Source of the DNA: Geminicoccaceae bacterium
GTDB taxonomy: Bacteria; Pseudomonadota; Alphaproteobacteria; Geminicoccales; Geminicoccaceae
DNA length: 64,000 nt
Direction: 5' to 3'
Assembly (NCBI GenBank): GCA_020638495.1
Contig: JACKIN010000003.1
Location: 127,997-191,996, forward strand
The position numbers were made by a program, and so were the translations under genes. Below are positions 17,837 to 28,835 of this stretch, in pieces. The first letter of the stretch is position 1, and every line of letters begins with the position of its first letter. The notes below the pieces were generated by a model. The model did not search any database. It saw only the letters and a program-made list of their open reading frames with translations, and had not been told where the DNA came from.

Positions 17837-20611
17837 ATGTCGCTGCTCGCCCCCGATCTCCAGCCGCGCCCCGAGCTGACCTGCCGTCAGCAGATCGGGG
17901 CCCCCCTGCCCGAGGACGAGCAGGCGGAATCCGCGACGGCCGTGCTGGCGCGGATGCGCGAGCTGCTGGGTGAGAGCGAGCGGCGGCTGGAGGCCGGGTT
18001 CGCCGAGGAGGGCGATGGCGAGCGCGTCGTCCGCGAGCGGGCACGGCTGCTCGACGGTCTCCTCGCCGGTGCCCTCGATTTCGCCGAGAGCCAGCTCTTT
18101 CGGGTCGCCAACCCGACCCGCGGCGAGGAGATGGCGCTGCTCGCCGTCGGCGGCTACGGCCGTGGCGAGCTGGCGCCGCACTCCGACGTCGACGTGCTCT
18201 TTCTCTATCCCTACAAGCCGACGCCGCATCTCGAGCAGATGACCGAGTTCCTGCTCTACCGGCTCTGGGACCTGGGGCTCAAGGTCGGTCAGGCGACGCG
18301 CTCTTTGAACGAATGCATCAAGCTCGCCAAGAGCGATCTCACCATCCGCACCACGCTGCTCGAGACCCGGCTGCTCTGGGGCTCGCAGCGGCTCACCCGC
18401 GAGCTGGAGGGGCGGTTTCGCGCCGAGGTCTGCAAGGGCCACGAGCCCGAGTTCATCGAGGCCAAGCTCGCCGAGCGCGATGCCCGCCACCGGCGCACCG
18501 GCGACAGCCGCTACCTGCTCGAGCCGAACATCAAGGACGGCAAGGGCGGCCTGCGCGACCTGCACACCCTGATCTGGCTCGCCCGCTTCATCTACGACAT
18601 CGCCGACTGGGACGACCTCGTCCGGCACGGTGTCCTGAGCCGCGCCGAGCTCAACGGCTTCCTCCGCTCGCGGCGGTTCCTCTGGACCGTCCGCTGCCAC
18701 CTCCACTACCTCACCGGCCGCGCCGAGGAGCGGCTGACCTTCGACCTGCAGCCGGAGATCGCGCGCCGCATGGGGTATCGTGACCGGCCGCGCACGCTCG
18801 GCGTCGAGCGCTTCATGAAGAGCTACTACCTCGTCGCCAAGGAGGTGGGCTCGCTGACGCGGCTGGTCTGTGCCGCGCTCGAGGAGCAGCACAAGCGGCG
18901 CCCGCGCTTCGCCCTGCCGCGCTTCGGCCCGAGCCAGCGGCGGATCGGCGGCTTCGTCGTCCAGGGCAGCCGCCTGGCGCTCGCCGATCCCAAGCTCTTC
19001 CAGACCCGGCCCATCGCCATGCTCGAGCTCTTCCACACGGCGCAGGCCCGCGAGCTCGACATCCATCCCATGGCGCTCACCGCCCTGGCGCAGAACCTGC
19101 GCCGCGTCGACCGCCAGCTGTGCCAGAGCCCCGAGGCGAACCGCCTCTTCATCGAGATGCTGACCAGCCGCAAGGACCCGGCGCAGACGCTCACGCGGCT
19201 CAACGAGGCGGGTGTCCTCGGCCGGTTGGTGCCGGATTTCGGCCGGGTCGTCGCCCAGATGCAGCACAATCTCTACCACGTCTTCACGGTGGACGAGCAC
19301 ACCATCCGGGTGATCGACAACCTGCACAGGATCGAGGAAGGCACGCTCGAGGCCGATCACCCGCTGTCGACGCGCATCCTGCCGCAGCTGACGTCGCGCA
19401 CCGAGCTCTACGTCGCCGCCTTCCTGCACGATGTCGGCAAGGGCCGCGGCGGCGACCACAGCGAGGTTGGCGCGCGCATCGCAGAGAGGCTCGGCCCCCG
19501 TCTCGGCCTCGGCCAGGCGGGCACGGAGACCGTCGCGTGGCTCGTCCGCCACCACCTCGTGCTCAGCAATTTCGCCTTCAAGCGCGACAGCGAGGACCCG
19601 AAGACCCTGCAGGATCTGGTCGCCATCGTGCAGTCCCCGGAGCGCCTGCGCCTGCTCCTGGTCCTGACGGTGGCCGACATCCGCGCTGTCGGCCCCGGTG
19701 TCTGGAACGGCTGGAAGGGCCAGCTCCTGCGCGAGCTCTACCACGAGGCCGAGGCGGCGATGGCCTCGGGCGACCTGCACGGCCGGCGCCGGGAGCGGAT
19801 CGAGCGGGCCCGCGCCAGCCTGGCCGAGGCGCTCCTCGCCGGCGGCGACGGCGACCGGTGGACGTCGGCCGAGGTCGAGACCTACACCGCCCTGCACGAT
19901 CCGCGCTACTGGCTCGGCGTGGCAGAGGACGCGCATCTGCGGCATGCGAGGCTGGTGCGCCGGGCGCAAACACAGAAGCTGCCGCTGGCCGTCGATTTCC
20001 ATGTGGACGAGTTTAGGGCCCGCACCGAGATCACCGTCTACGCGGCCGACCATCCCGGCCTCTTCATGAAGGTGGCGGGTGCGCTGGCGCTGAGCGGTGT
20101 CAGCATCGTCGACGCGCACATCTTCACGACGGCGGACGGCATGGCGCTGGACACGCTCGGCGTCCAGGACGCGGAGCGCCAGGCGGCGGTCGACGACGAG
20201 GCGCGCTTCGGCCGCATCGAGCGCAACATCCGCAAGGTCCTGCAGGGCGAGGTCTGGCTCGAGAAGGAGCTCGCCGGCCGCCGCTCCCTGCCACCCCGGA
20301 CCGAGGTCTTCACGGTGGAGCCCCGGGTGCTCGTCAACAACCAGGCGAGCAGCACGCACAGCGTCATCGAGGTCAATGGCCGCGACCGCCCGGGCCTCCT
20401 CTTCGCCCTGGCCAAGGTCCTGAAGGAGCGCGGCCTCGTCATCCACAGCGCCCATATCAGCACCTATGGCGAGCGGGTCGTCGACGTCTTCTACGTCAAG
20501 GACGTGTTCGGCCTGAAGGTGGCGAGCCCGGCCAAGCTGAAGCGGCTCCGGAACGAGCTCGAGGCGGCGCTGGCGGAGCCGGCCGACAGGGCTTCCGGCA
20601 AATCGGGATGA
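17837..20611 (+). CDS. glnD: bifunctional [protein-PII] uridylyltransferase/uridylyl-removing enzyme
   Basis: Nucleotidyltransferase motif LLAVGGYGRGELAPHSDVDVLFL, the HD domain (FLHDVGKGRGGDHSEVG), and two C-terminal ACT domains. Start taken at ATG 17837. Confidence 0.92.
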   Translation: MSLLAPDLQPRPELTCRQQIGAPLPEDEQAESATAVLARMRELLGESERRLEAGFAEEGDGERVVRERARLLDGLLAGALDFAESQLFRVANPTRGEEMALLAVGGYGRGELAPHSDVDVLFLYPYKPTPHLEQMTEFLLYRLWDLGLKVGQATRSLNECIKLAKSDLTIRTTLLETRLLWGSQRLTRELEGRFRAEVCKGHEPEFIEAKLAERDARHRRTGDSRYLLEPNIKDGKGGLRDLHTLIWLARFIYDIADWDDLVRHGVLSRAELNGFLRSRRFLWTVRCHLHYLTGRAEERLTFDLQPEIARRMGYRDRPRTLGVERFMKSYYLVAKEVGSLTRLVCAALEEQHKRRPRFALPRFGPSQRRIGGFVVQGSRLALADPKLFQTRPIAMLELFHTAQARELDIHPMALTALAQNLRRVDRQLCQSPEANRLFIEMLTSRKDPAQTLTRLNEAGVLGRLVPDFGRVVAQMQHNLYHVFTVDEHTIRVIDNLHRIEEGTLEADHPLSTRILPQLTSRTELYVAAFLHDVGKGRGGDHSEVGARIAERLGPRLGLGQAGTETVAWLVRHHLVLSNFAFKRDSEDPKTLQDLVAIVQSPERLRLLLVLTVADIRAVGPGVWNGWKGQLLRELYHEAEAAMASGDLHGRRRERIERARASLAEALLAGGDGDRWTSAEVETYTALHDPRYWLGVAEDAHLRHARLVRRAQTQKLPLAVDFHVDEFRARTEITVYAADHPGLFMKVAGALALSGVSIVDAHIFTTADGMALDTLGVQDAERQAAVDDEARFGRIERNIRKVLQGEVWLEKELAGRRSLPPRTEVFTVEPRVLVNNQASSTHSVIEVNGRDRPGLLFALAKVLKERGLVIHSAHISTYGERVVDVFYVKDVFGLKVASPAKLKRLRNELEAALAEPADRASGKSG

Positions 20612-20618
20612 ACCACGC

Positions 20619-22169
20619 TTGAACATCGTCAAGGCGACGCTGACCGTGGGCTCGTTCACGGCGATCTCGCGCGTGCTGGGCTTCGTGCGCGATCTCCTGA
20701 TCGCCGCCGTGCTCGGCGCCGGAGCCGCGGCGGACGCCTTCTTCGTCAGCTTCAAGCTCGCCAACCTGCTCCGCCGGCTGTTCGCCGAGGGCGCCTTCAA
20801 CGCCGCCTTCGTCCCGCTCTTCGCCCGGGCGCTGGAGGGCGAGGGCGAGGAAGAGGCCCGGCGCTTCGCCGAGGAGGCGCTGGCGGTGATGACCGCCGTC
20901 CTGCTCGTCGTCGTCCTGGTCGCCGAGATCGCCATGCCCTGGCTGGTGCGGGGCCTGGCACCCGGCTTCGAGCCCGCTGGCGAGCGCTACGGCCTCGCCG
21001 TCGAGCTCAGCCGCATCACCTTCCCCTATCTCATGCTCATCTCGCTCGCCGCGCTCTTCAGCGGTGTTCTCAACTCGCTCGGCCGCTTCGCCGCCGCCGC
21101 CATCGCCCCCATCATCCTCAACGTGGTGCTGATCACCACACTGCTGCTGGCGAGCCTGCACCCGGCGACCCCGGCCCATGCCCTGGCCTGGGGGGTTTCC
21201 GTCGCCGGCGTGCTGCAGCTCGCCTGGGTGGCCGTTGCGGCGCGCCGCAACGGCATGGGTCTTAAGCTTCGCCGGCCACGGATGACCCCTCGCCTCAAGC
21301 GGCTCTTCCAGCTCATGCTGCCGGGGGCGATCGGCTCGGGCGTCTACCAGATCAACCTGATCGTCGACACATGGTTCGCCTCGCTCCTGCCGGTGGGGGC
21401 CGTCTCCTACCTCTTCTATGCCGACCGCCTGAACCAGCTGCCGCTCGGCATCATCGGCGTCGCCATCGGCACGGCGCTGCTGCCGATGCTCAGCCGCCAG
21501 CTCCGCGTCTCGGACTTCGCCAATGCATCGCGCACGCAGAACCGGGCGATCGAGATCGGCCTCCTCTTCACCCTGCCGGCGGCGGCCGGGCTGATCGTCC
21601 TGGCCGAGCCGATCATCGCCGTGCTCTTCGAGCGGGGTGCGTTCGGCCCGGCCGAGACGGCGGCCACGGCCGGGGCGCTCGTCGCCTTCTCGATCGGCCT
21701 GCCCGCCTATGTGCTGATCAAGGTCCTGGCGCCCGGCTTCTTCGCCCGCGAGGACACGGCGACACCGGTCAAGGTGGCGGCCCTTTGCCTCGTCGCCAAC
21801 GTGCTCCTCATCCTCCTCCTGATCGGCCCGCTCCGCCATGTCGGCATCGCCTTGGCGACGGCCCTCTCGAACTGCCTCAACGTCGCCTGCCTCGCCTGGA
21901 TCCTGCAGCGCAGGGGCCATCTGCACATCGACGAGCGGCTGCGCCGGATCGTGCCGCGGATCGTCGTCGCCACGGTCGCGATGGCGCTGATCCTCGTCGC
22001 CGCCCGCCTCGGGCTCGACTTCCTGCCCGCGGCCCTGCGCCTGATGGCGGCCATCGCGTCCGGCGGCCTCTGCTTCATCCTCGCCTGCCATTGGACAGGC
22101 GCCGCGGATTTCGCCGAGCTCAGGCGCATGGTCTCGCGCCGGCGGCCGGCAGCCGAGCCCGGCGCTTGA
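20619..22169 (+). CDS. murJ: lipid II flippase MurJ/MviN
   Basis: [52 protein letters not shown] is the canonical MurJ N-terminus. The start codon is TTG, 8 nt after the glnD stop. Confidence 0.92.
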   Translation: MNIVKATLTVGSFTAISRVLGFVRDLLIAAVLGAGAAADAFFVSFKLANLLRRLFAEGAFNAAFVPLFARALEGEGEEEARRFAEEALAVMTAVLLVVVLVAEIAMPWLVRGLAPGFEPAGERYGLAVELSRITFPYLMLISLAALFSGVLNSLGRFAAAAIAPIILNVVLITTLLLASLHPATPAHALAWGVSVAGVLQLAWVAVAARRNGMGLKLRRPRMTPRLKRLFQLMLPGAIGSGVYQINLIVDTWFASLLPVGAVSYLFYADRLNQLPLGIIGVAIGTALLPMLSRQLRVSDFANASRTQNRAIEIGLLFTLPAAAGLIVLAEPIIAVLFERGAFGPAETAATAGALVAFSIGLPAYVLIKVLAPGFFAREDTATPVKVAALCLVANVLLILLLIGPLRHVGIALATALSNCLNVACLAWILQRRGHLHIDERLRRIVPRIVVATVAMALILVAARLGLDFLPAALRLMAAIASGGLCFILACHWTGAADFAELRRMVSRRRPAAEPGA

Positions 22170-22231
22170 CACTGCCTCACTGCCGTGGCTCCAAGCGGCT
22201 CCATGCTCGCTCGCAAGAGGTTGCCGTTTCG

Positions 22232-23233
22232 ATGCCCAGCACGTCCAGGAACCGCATTTTCTCCGGCATCCAGCCGACGCACGGCATTCAGCTCGGCAAC
22301 TATCTCGGCGCCATCCGCAACTGGGTGAAGCAGCAGGACCAGTTCGAGTGCATCTACTGCATCGTCGACCAGCACGCGCTGACGACGGTGCAGAACGCCG
22401 ACGAGATGCGCCGCAACACGCGCGAGATGGGGGCGGCGCTGATCGCCTCCGGCATCGACCCGGCCCGTTCGGTGCTCTTCGTGCAGAGCCGGGTCGAGGC
22501 GCACAGCCGGCTCGCCTGGGTGCTGAATTGCGTGACACCCTTGGGCTGGGTCAACCGGATGACGCAGTTCAAGGAGAAGGCCGGCAAGCAGCGCGAGAAC
22601 GCGCCGGTCGGGCTTTTCGTCTACCCGGTGCTGCAGGCGGCCGACATCCTGGCCTACCGGGCGACGCACGTGCCGGTCGGCGAGGACCAGAAGCAGCACC
22701 TCGAGCTCAGCCGCGACATCGCGGCCTCGTTCAACCGCCGCTTCGCCGAGGATTTCTTCCCGCTGCCGGAGCCGATGATCCAGGCCGAGGCGGCCAGGGT
22801 CATGTCGCTCAGGGACGGGACGAAGAAGATGAGCAAGTCGGATCCCTCGGACATGAGCCGGATCAATCTCACCGACGATGCCGACACCATCGCGAGCAAG
22901 ATCAGGAAGGCCAAGTCCGACAGCATCCTCGGCATCAGCTACGATCCGGAGAACCGGCCCGAGGCGAGCAACCTGCTCACCATCTTCGCGGCTCTCTCCG
23001 ATCGCGAGCGCGCCGACGTGGCGGCCGAGTACGAATCGGCGAGCTTCGCCAGCTTCAAGGAGCATCTGGCCGAGCTCTGCGTCGAGAAGCTGGCGCCGAT
23101 CAATGCCGAGATGCGTGGCCTGCTCGCCAATCCGGACCATATCGACGCCGTGCTCGGCGACGGCTCGGCCCGGGCCGACGCCCTGGCCCGCCCGATTGTC
23201 GACGCGGCCTATGAAGCGGTGGGCTTTCGCTGA
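22232..23233 (+). CDS. trpS: tryptophan--tRNA ligase
   Basis: [20 protein letters not shown] (HIGH-type region), the KMSKS motif (GTKKMSKSD), and [11 protein letters not shown] used the internal ATG at 22232 of ORF 21371..23233. Confidence 0.95.
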   Translation: MPSTSRNRIFSGIQPTHGIQLGNYLGAIRNWVKQQDQFECIYCIVDQHALTTVQNADEMRRNTREMGAALIASGIDPARSVLFVQSRVEAHSRLAWVLNCVTPLGWVNRMTQFKEKAGKQRENAPVGLFVYPVLQAADILAYRATHVPVGEDQKQHLELSRDIAASFNRRFAEDFFPLPEPMIQAEAARVMSLRDGTKKMSKSDPSDMSRINLTDDADTIASKIRKAKSDSILGISYDPENRPEASNLLTIFAALSDRERADVAAEYESASFASFKEHLAELCVEKLAPINAEMRGLLANPDHIDAVLGDGSARADALARPIVDAAYEAVGFR

Positions 23234-23359
23234 CCGGCCCGCTTGCGATGCGGCGCCGGTGACGCCAAGTCTTGGCATGGCGAGACCGGCCGCCGCCGTG
23301 CCGGGACCGCCAGTCGACGACGCCGCGCACGCGCCCCCAGGGCCCCGAGGAGACGACGC

Positions 23360-23917
23360 ATGTTCATCCAGACCGAAGTGACCCCCAACCCGGCGACCCT
23401 CAAGTTCCTGCCCGGCCGTCCCGTCATGACCGAAGGCGTGGTCGATTTCACCGAGGCGGCCAAGGCCGAGGCGGTCTCGCCTTTGGCGGCCAGGCTCTTC
23501 GCCGTCGACGGCGTGGCCGGCGTCTATCTCGGCGCCGACTTCATCTCGGTCACCAAGAATTCCGCCGACGACTGGTACATGATGAAGCCGGCGGTGCTCG
23601 GCGCCATCATGGAGCACTTCATGTCGGATGATCCGGTGCTGGCCGCCGGCGCCGACATCGACGACGACGTCAAGGTCGACGAGGCCGACGCCACGGTGAA
23701 GCAGATCAAGGAGCTGATCGACACGCGCGTCCGGCCCGCCGTGGCCCAGGACGGCGGCGACATCGTCTTCCAGGGCTTCGAGCGGGGCATCGTCTACCTG
23801 CACATGCGCGGCGCCTGCTCGGGCTGCCCGAGCTCGGTCGTGACCCTGAAGAACGGGATCGAGAACCTCCTCAAGTACTACGTGCCCGAGGTGGTCGAGG
23901 TGCGCTCCGTCTCCTGA
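23360..23917 (+). CDS. NifU/Nfu family Fe-S cluster scaffold/carrier protein (Nfu_N + NifU C-terminal domains)
   Basis: MFIQTEVTPNPATLKFLPG (Nfu_N) and the C-terminal VYLHMRGACSGCPSSVVTLKNGIE CxxC motif. Confidence 0.9.
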   Translation: MFIQTEVTPNPATLKFLPGRPVMTEGVVDFTEAAKAEAVSPLAARLFAVDGVAGVYLGADFISVTKNSADDWYMMKPAVLGAIMEHFMSDDPVLAAGADIDDDVKVDEADATVKQIKELIDTRVRPAVAQDGGDIVFQGFERGIVYLHMRGACSGCPSSVVTLKNGIENLLKYYVPEVVEVRSVS

Positions 23918-23933
23918 CGACGAAAGCGGGTCG

Positions 23934-24611
23934 TTGCGGCTCCTGGCCTTCGATACCGCCGGCGACGGCTGCTCGGCCGGGTGCTTCGCGGGCGCCGAGC
24001 CCGTGGCGTTCGCGCGGCATGCCGGCGCCAGCGGCCAGGCCGAGCGGCTCGTGCCGATGCTGGCGGCGGTGCTGGCCGATGCCGGCTGGGGCATGGAAGA
24101 CCTCGAGGCGCTGGCGGTCACGATCGGGCCCGGCAGCTTCACCGGCATCAGGACGGGCCTCGCAGCCGCCCGCGGCCTGGCGCTGGTCCGCCGCCTGCCG
24201 GCCTGGCCGGTCACAACGCTGGCGGCGTTGGCGGCAGTGGCCGACGGTGCCGATGGCCTGCCGCTCGCCGTGGTGCTGGACGCCAGGCGCGGCCAGGTCT
24301 TCCTGCAGCGTTTCGACAGCAGTGGCGCTGCCCTCGACGAGTCCCTGATGCTGGCGCCCGAGCTGGCGGCGGCGCGGCTGCGCGAGCCCCACCATCTGGT
24401 CGGCAGTGGTGCCGTGGCCCTGCTGCGGCATTTGGACGCGACCGCCATGACCCTGGGCGACGCCGTGCTCGACGCGGTCGCGGTGGCCCGCGCCGCGGCG
24501 GCGGCCCGCGGGAGAGGCGAGGCACCGGTCCACGGGACGGCGCTGGCGCCGCTCTATCTGCGCGAGCCCGATGCCCGGCCGTCCGCCGGCCGGTCGCTGC
24601 TGCAGGCCTGA
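23934..24611 (+). CDS. tsaB: tRNA t6A37 biosynthesis protein TsaB (YeaZ)
   Basis: LLAFDTAGDGCSAG...LEALAVTIGPGSFTGIRTGLAAARGLAL. The start codon is TTG. Confidence 0.88.
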   Translation: MRLLAFDTAGDGCSAGCFAGAEPVAFARHAGASGQAERLVPMLAAVLADAGWGMEDLEALAVTIGPGSFTGIRTGLAAARGLALVRRLPAWPVTTLAALAAVADGADGLPLAVVLDARRGQVFLQRFDSSGAALDESLMLAPELAAARLREPHHLVGSGAVALLRHLDATAMTLGDAVLDAVAVARAAAAARGRGEAPVHGTALAPLYLREPDARPSAGRSLLQA

Positions 24612-24614
24612 GCC

Positions 24615-25145
24615 ATGCTGTCGTTCCATCAGGAGCCGCGGCTGACCATCAAGCCGGTGGGTGCCTTCGATCTCGGCCGGCTGGCGCGGCTCCACCGCCA
24701 TTGCTTCGAGGAAGGCTGGAGCCGGTCCGACCTCGCCCATCTCCTGGCCCTGCCCGGCGGCTTCGGGCTGATCGCCCGGCGCGGCGGGACCTTTGTCGGG
24801 CTCGATGCGCTCAGGGGCGTCGGCTTCGCCCTCCTGCGCGTGGTCCGCGACGAGTGCGAGCTGCTGTCGCTGGGCGTCCTGCCGGCGCATCGGCGGCGCG
24901 GTGTCGCGGGCGAGCTGCTGCGGACCGCCATGCAGAGCTGCCTCGATGGCGGCGCGCAGTCGATGTTTCTCGAGGTGGCGATCGACAATCTCTCGGCGCA
25001 GGCCCTCTACGACCGGTTCGGCTTCGTCCGGGTCGGCACGCGACCTGACTATTACGCCCGGCCCGACGGCACGCGGATGCATGCCTACACCATGCGCTGC
25101 GATCTCGTCGCAGCACTCGGCAGCCGCGCGCCGCAACCACGCTGA
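24615..25145 (+). CDS. rimI: ribosomal-protein-alanine N-acetyltransferase
   Basis: GNAT motif LSLGVLPAHRRRGVAGELL...LEVAIDNLSAQALYDRFGF...RPDYYARPDG, and the conserved position directly after tsaB. Confidence 0.85.
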   Translation: MLSFHQEPRLTIKPVGAFDLGRLARLHRHCFEEGWSRSDLAHLLALPGGFGLIARRGGTFVGLDALRGVGFALLRVVRDECELLSLGVLPAHRRRGVAGELLRTAMQSCLDGGAQSMFLEVAIDNLSAQALYDRFGFVRVGTRPDYYARPDGTRMHAYTMRCDLVAALGSRAPQPR

Positions 25146-25160
25146 GCCGGGCGCATTTCC

Positions 25161-25394
25161 TCATTCGGCCACGCGAATCACGAGCTCCCAGAGGTCGTCG
25201 GCAATCGCCTCCTCGACGATGATGCTGTGGCCGTGATCGAGCACCGCGCGCGGCACGTTGGCCAGCGGCTCGCCGCCACGCAGCCGCACCCGCAAGAGCT
25301 CGCCCGGCCGCATTGCTTCGAGCCTGATCTTGGTGCGGACAAACGTCATCGGGCAGGTCTCGCCCGAAATATCCAACTCTGCGTCTGCCTTCAT
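25161..25394 (-). CDS. TusA/SirA-like sulfurtransferase (77 aa)
   Basis: LDISGETCPMTFVRTKIRLEAMRPGELLRV carries the CPxP-type active-site Cys of the TusA family. I used the internal ATG at 25394. Confidence 0.75.
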   Translation of the reverse strand: MKADAELDISGETCPMTFVRTKIRLEAMRPGELLRVRLRGGEPLANVPRAVLDHGHSIIVEEAIADDLWELVIRVAE

Positions 25395-25457
25395 TCCGCT
25401 ACTTGTTCCCTTACTGCGCGGCTTCGACGGAAACTTCCACTTTTTCGCGAATCCCTC

Positions 25458-25485
25458 TTGCATCCCCGGCGGCAGAAAATATATT
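25458..25485 (+). promoter_or_regulatory. candidate sigma70-type promoter of mucR
   Basis: TTGCAT (25458-63), a 16-nt spacer, and TATATT (25480-85) in the lowest-GC stretch of the window. GANTC sites lie at 25449-53 and 25499-503. Confidence 0.4.
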
Positions 25486-25531
25486 GCGGACACCGAAAGA
25501 ATCTATGCTTGGGCGAAAGGGTTAACGAGGT

Positions 25532-25963
25532 ATGTCGGACCAATTGAGTCAAAATGAGCTGCTGTCGCTGACTACGGAGATTGTGGCGTCGCACGTCTCG
25601 AACAACACCGTCGCCGTCAGCGACCTGCCGCAGCTCATCCGGCTCGTCTACACCGGCCTGGCCGAGCAGGGCCAGACGAAAGCCGAGGAGGAACCGGAAA
25701 AGCTCGTTCCGGCAGTGCCGATCAAGAAGTCGATACAGCCGGATCATCTGATCTGCCTGGAGGATGGCAAGAAGCTGAAGATGCTCAAGCGGCATCTCAA
25801 GACGCGCTACGACATGACGCCCGACGAGTATCGTCGGCGCTGGGGCCTGACCGACGACTATCCGATGGTCGCACCGGAATATGCCGAGCAACGCAGCAGC
25901 CTCGCCAAGAAGATCGGGCTCGGCACCAAGCCGCGGGCGCGGGGACGGAAGGCGGCCTCCTGA
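25532..25963 (+). CDS. mucR: MucR/Ros family zinc-finger transcriptional regulator
   Basis: IQPDHLICLEDGKKLKMLKRHLKTRYDMTPDEYRRRWGLTDDYPMVAPEYAEQRS is the conserved Ros/MucR DNA-binding core. Confidence 0.9.
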   Translation: MSDQLSQNELLSLTTEIVASHVSNNTVAVSDLPQLIRLVYTGLAEQGQTKAEEEPEKLVPAVPIKKSIQPDHLICLEDGKKLKMLKRHLKTRYDMTPDEYRRRWGLTDDYPMVAPEYAEQRSSLAKKIGLGTKPRARGRKAAS

Positions 25964-26052
25964 GCCCGGGTGGCCGTCTGCTCTCGGACGGAAGGTTGCG
26001 CGGATCGTTCAGGGTCCGGTGCTTTTCGCGGGATCGACGTGGGAAATGGCGG

Positions 26053-26081
26053 ACGGGCGGCGGGGAGCGCCGCCCGTTTTG
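26053..26081 (+). terminator. rho-independent terminator after mucR
   Basis: ACGGGCGGCG-GGGAG-CGCCGCCCGT followed by TTTT. Confidence 0.6.
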
Positions 26082-26108
26082 CCGTTCCGGCGCCGCCATG
26101 GTAATGAA

Positions 26109-26137
26109 TTGTCAACGAACTGTCGCGACAGTATGGG
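26109..26137 (+). promoter_or_regulatory. candidate promoter with a palindromic operator in the spacer, upstream of miaB
   Basis: TTGTCA (26109-14), a 17-nt spacer containing the perfect palindrome CTGTCGCGACAG (26120-31), and TATGGG (26132-37). A 10-bp hairpin follows at 26145-26168. Confidence 0.3.
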
Positions 26138-26322
26138 AAGGAAGGCGGGTCCTGCTGGCAGGGCCCGCTGTCGAACAAACGCCGACGCCGAGGTGCATTG
26201 CTGAGAAGTAGCCAGGATACCGTGAGACTGCCGGCGACGAGTTCCGCCGGACGATCGGCCGGTTCGAGCAGCGGCCCGACGACCAGCGGGCCGGCGGTCG
26301 GCATGTGGTGCCAGCGACGCCC

Positions 26323-27752
26323 ATGACATTCGGGCAAACCGCACCCGACACCGGCAAGGCCGCCCCGAAGAAGCTGTTCATCAAGACCTATGGCTGTCAG
26401 ATGAACGTCTACGACAGCGACCGCTTGGCTGCATTGCTGGCGCGACACGGCTACGCGACCGTCCCGGAGGCCGCCGACGCCGATCTCGTCGTGCTGAATA
26501 CCTGCCACATTCGCGAGAAGGCGGCCGAGAAGGTGTACTCGGAGCTGGGTCGTCTGCGCGTGATGCGCGACCAGCGCCGGTCCGAGACCGGCCGTCCCAT
26601 GGCCCTCGTCGTCGCCGGCTGCGTCGCCCAGGCCGAAGGCGAGGCGATGCTCGGGCGGGCGCCGTTCGTCGATATCGTCGTCGGCCCGCAGGCCTATCAC
26701 CGCCTGCCGGAGCTCCTGGCTCGCAGCACCCGCGAAGCCGGCGGCCAGATCGACACGGATTTCCCGCTCGAGAGCAAGTTCGACCTTTTGCCGCAAGGTC
26801 CTGAGGAATCCCCGGTTTCGGCCTTCCTCACCGTTCAGGAGGGCTGCGACAAGTTCTGCACGTTCTGCGTCGTGCCCTACACGCGGGGGGCGGAGAGCAG
26901 CCGGCCCGCCGCCGCCATCGTCGCCGAGGCGCGGCGACTGGTCGAGGGCGGGGCGCGCGAGCTGACCCTGCTCGGCCAGAACGTCAATGCCTATCACGGC
27001 GACGGTCCCGACGGGCGAAGCTGGAGCCTCGCCCGGCTGCTCCACGAGCTCGCCGGGATCGAGCGCCTGGAGCGGCTCCGCTACACGACCTCGCATCCCC
27101 GCGACATGACGGCGGACCTGATCGAGGCGCACGGCGCGCTGCCGCAGCTCATGCCGTTCCTCCATCTGCCGGTCCAGTCGGGCGCCGATCGGGTGCTGCA
27201 GGCGATGAACCGCGGCTATGGCCGCGACGACTATCTCCGGATCGTCGACGCCCTGCGCGATGTCCGGCCGGACATCGCCCTCTCCTCCGATTTCATCACC
27301 GGCTTCCCGGGCGAGACAGAGGAGGATTTCGAGGCGACCCTGGCGCTCGTCGAGCGGGTCGGCTTCGCCCAGGCCTTCTCGTTCAAGTACAGCCCGCGGC
27401 CGGGCACGCCCGGCGCCGCGATGACGAAGCAGGTGAAGGAGGCCGTGCGCGGCGAGCGCCTGAACCGGCTGCAGGCGCTGCTCGACGCCCAGGCCACGGC
27501 CTTCAACGAGGGAACCCTCGGCCGGACGCTGCCGGTGCTGCTCGAGCGGCCCGGCCGCCATCCCGGCCAGCTCGTCGGCCGCAGCCCGTATCTGCAGGCC
27601 GTGCATGTCGCCGCACCGGACGGGCTGCTCGGCCGGGTGGCCCGGGTCACCATTACCGGTTGCCATCGGCACAGCCTTGCCGGCCGCATGGAACCACACG
27701 GGCCGATCACAGCTTCAAACGGGATACCCGCGCAGCCAGAGGAGGTCGTCGC

Positions 27753-27756
<4 letters not shown>
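26323..27756 (+). CDS. miaB: tRNA-2-methylthio-N6-dimethylallyladenosine synthase (radical SAM methylthiotransferase)
   Basis: [26 protein letters not shown], and the radical-SAM [11 protein letters not shown] motif. ATG at 26323; the longest ORF starts with GTG at 26305. Confidence 0.92.
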
Positions 27757-28736
<980 letters not shown>

Positions 28737-28835
28737 CCGGCCGCCAACCGACCGGTCAGCGATCGACCCATCATCAATCGAACCCACGAAAGAGCAGGAG
28801 CCGACAGGCGCCTGGGAAGGCGCCGAAGAACCGAA

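Noticed and set aside
17726-20935. A 1069-aa minus-strand ORF, the longest in the track
   Set aside because: It is the antisense shadow of glnD and murJ. Its composition is dominated by Arg, Ala, Gly, Pro, Leu, Asp and Glu, and it has no recognisable motifs. The plus strand encodes full-length, motif-complete GlnD and MurJ. This is typical of high-GC DNA, where stop codons are rare.
21707-24448. A 913-aa minus-strand ORF
   Set aside because: It is antisense to murJ, trpS, nfu and tsaB, all of which are confidently identified. It has low-complexity composition.
26135-26168. The strings GGAAGGAAG and GCTGGCAGGGCCC, reminiscent of 4.5S/SRP RNA
   Set aside because: The conserved SRP helix-8 context (GGUCC before the GGAA tetraloop, and the symmetric and asymmetric loops with a matching 3' strand) is absent. 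The two strings are adjacent rather than separated by the apical domain. The region folds as a simple 10-bp hairpin.
25996-26211. A 71-aa ORF (or a 37-aa version from ATG 26098) in the mucR-miaB intergenic region
   Set aside because: There is no SD. It spans the mucR terminator and the putative promoter, it is Arg/Gly-rich, and it has no hydrophobic or conserved pattern. It is most likely non-coding.
26261-26269. A T-loop-like GGTTCGAGC string suggesting a tRNA in the mucR-miaB gap
   Set aside because: No acceptor, D or anticodon arms can be drawn around it. I found no cloverleaf in any intergenic region of the window.
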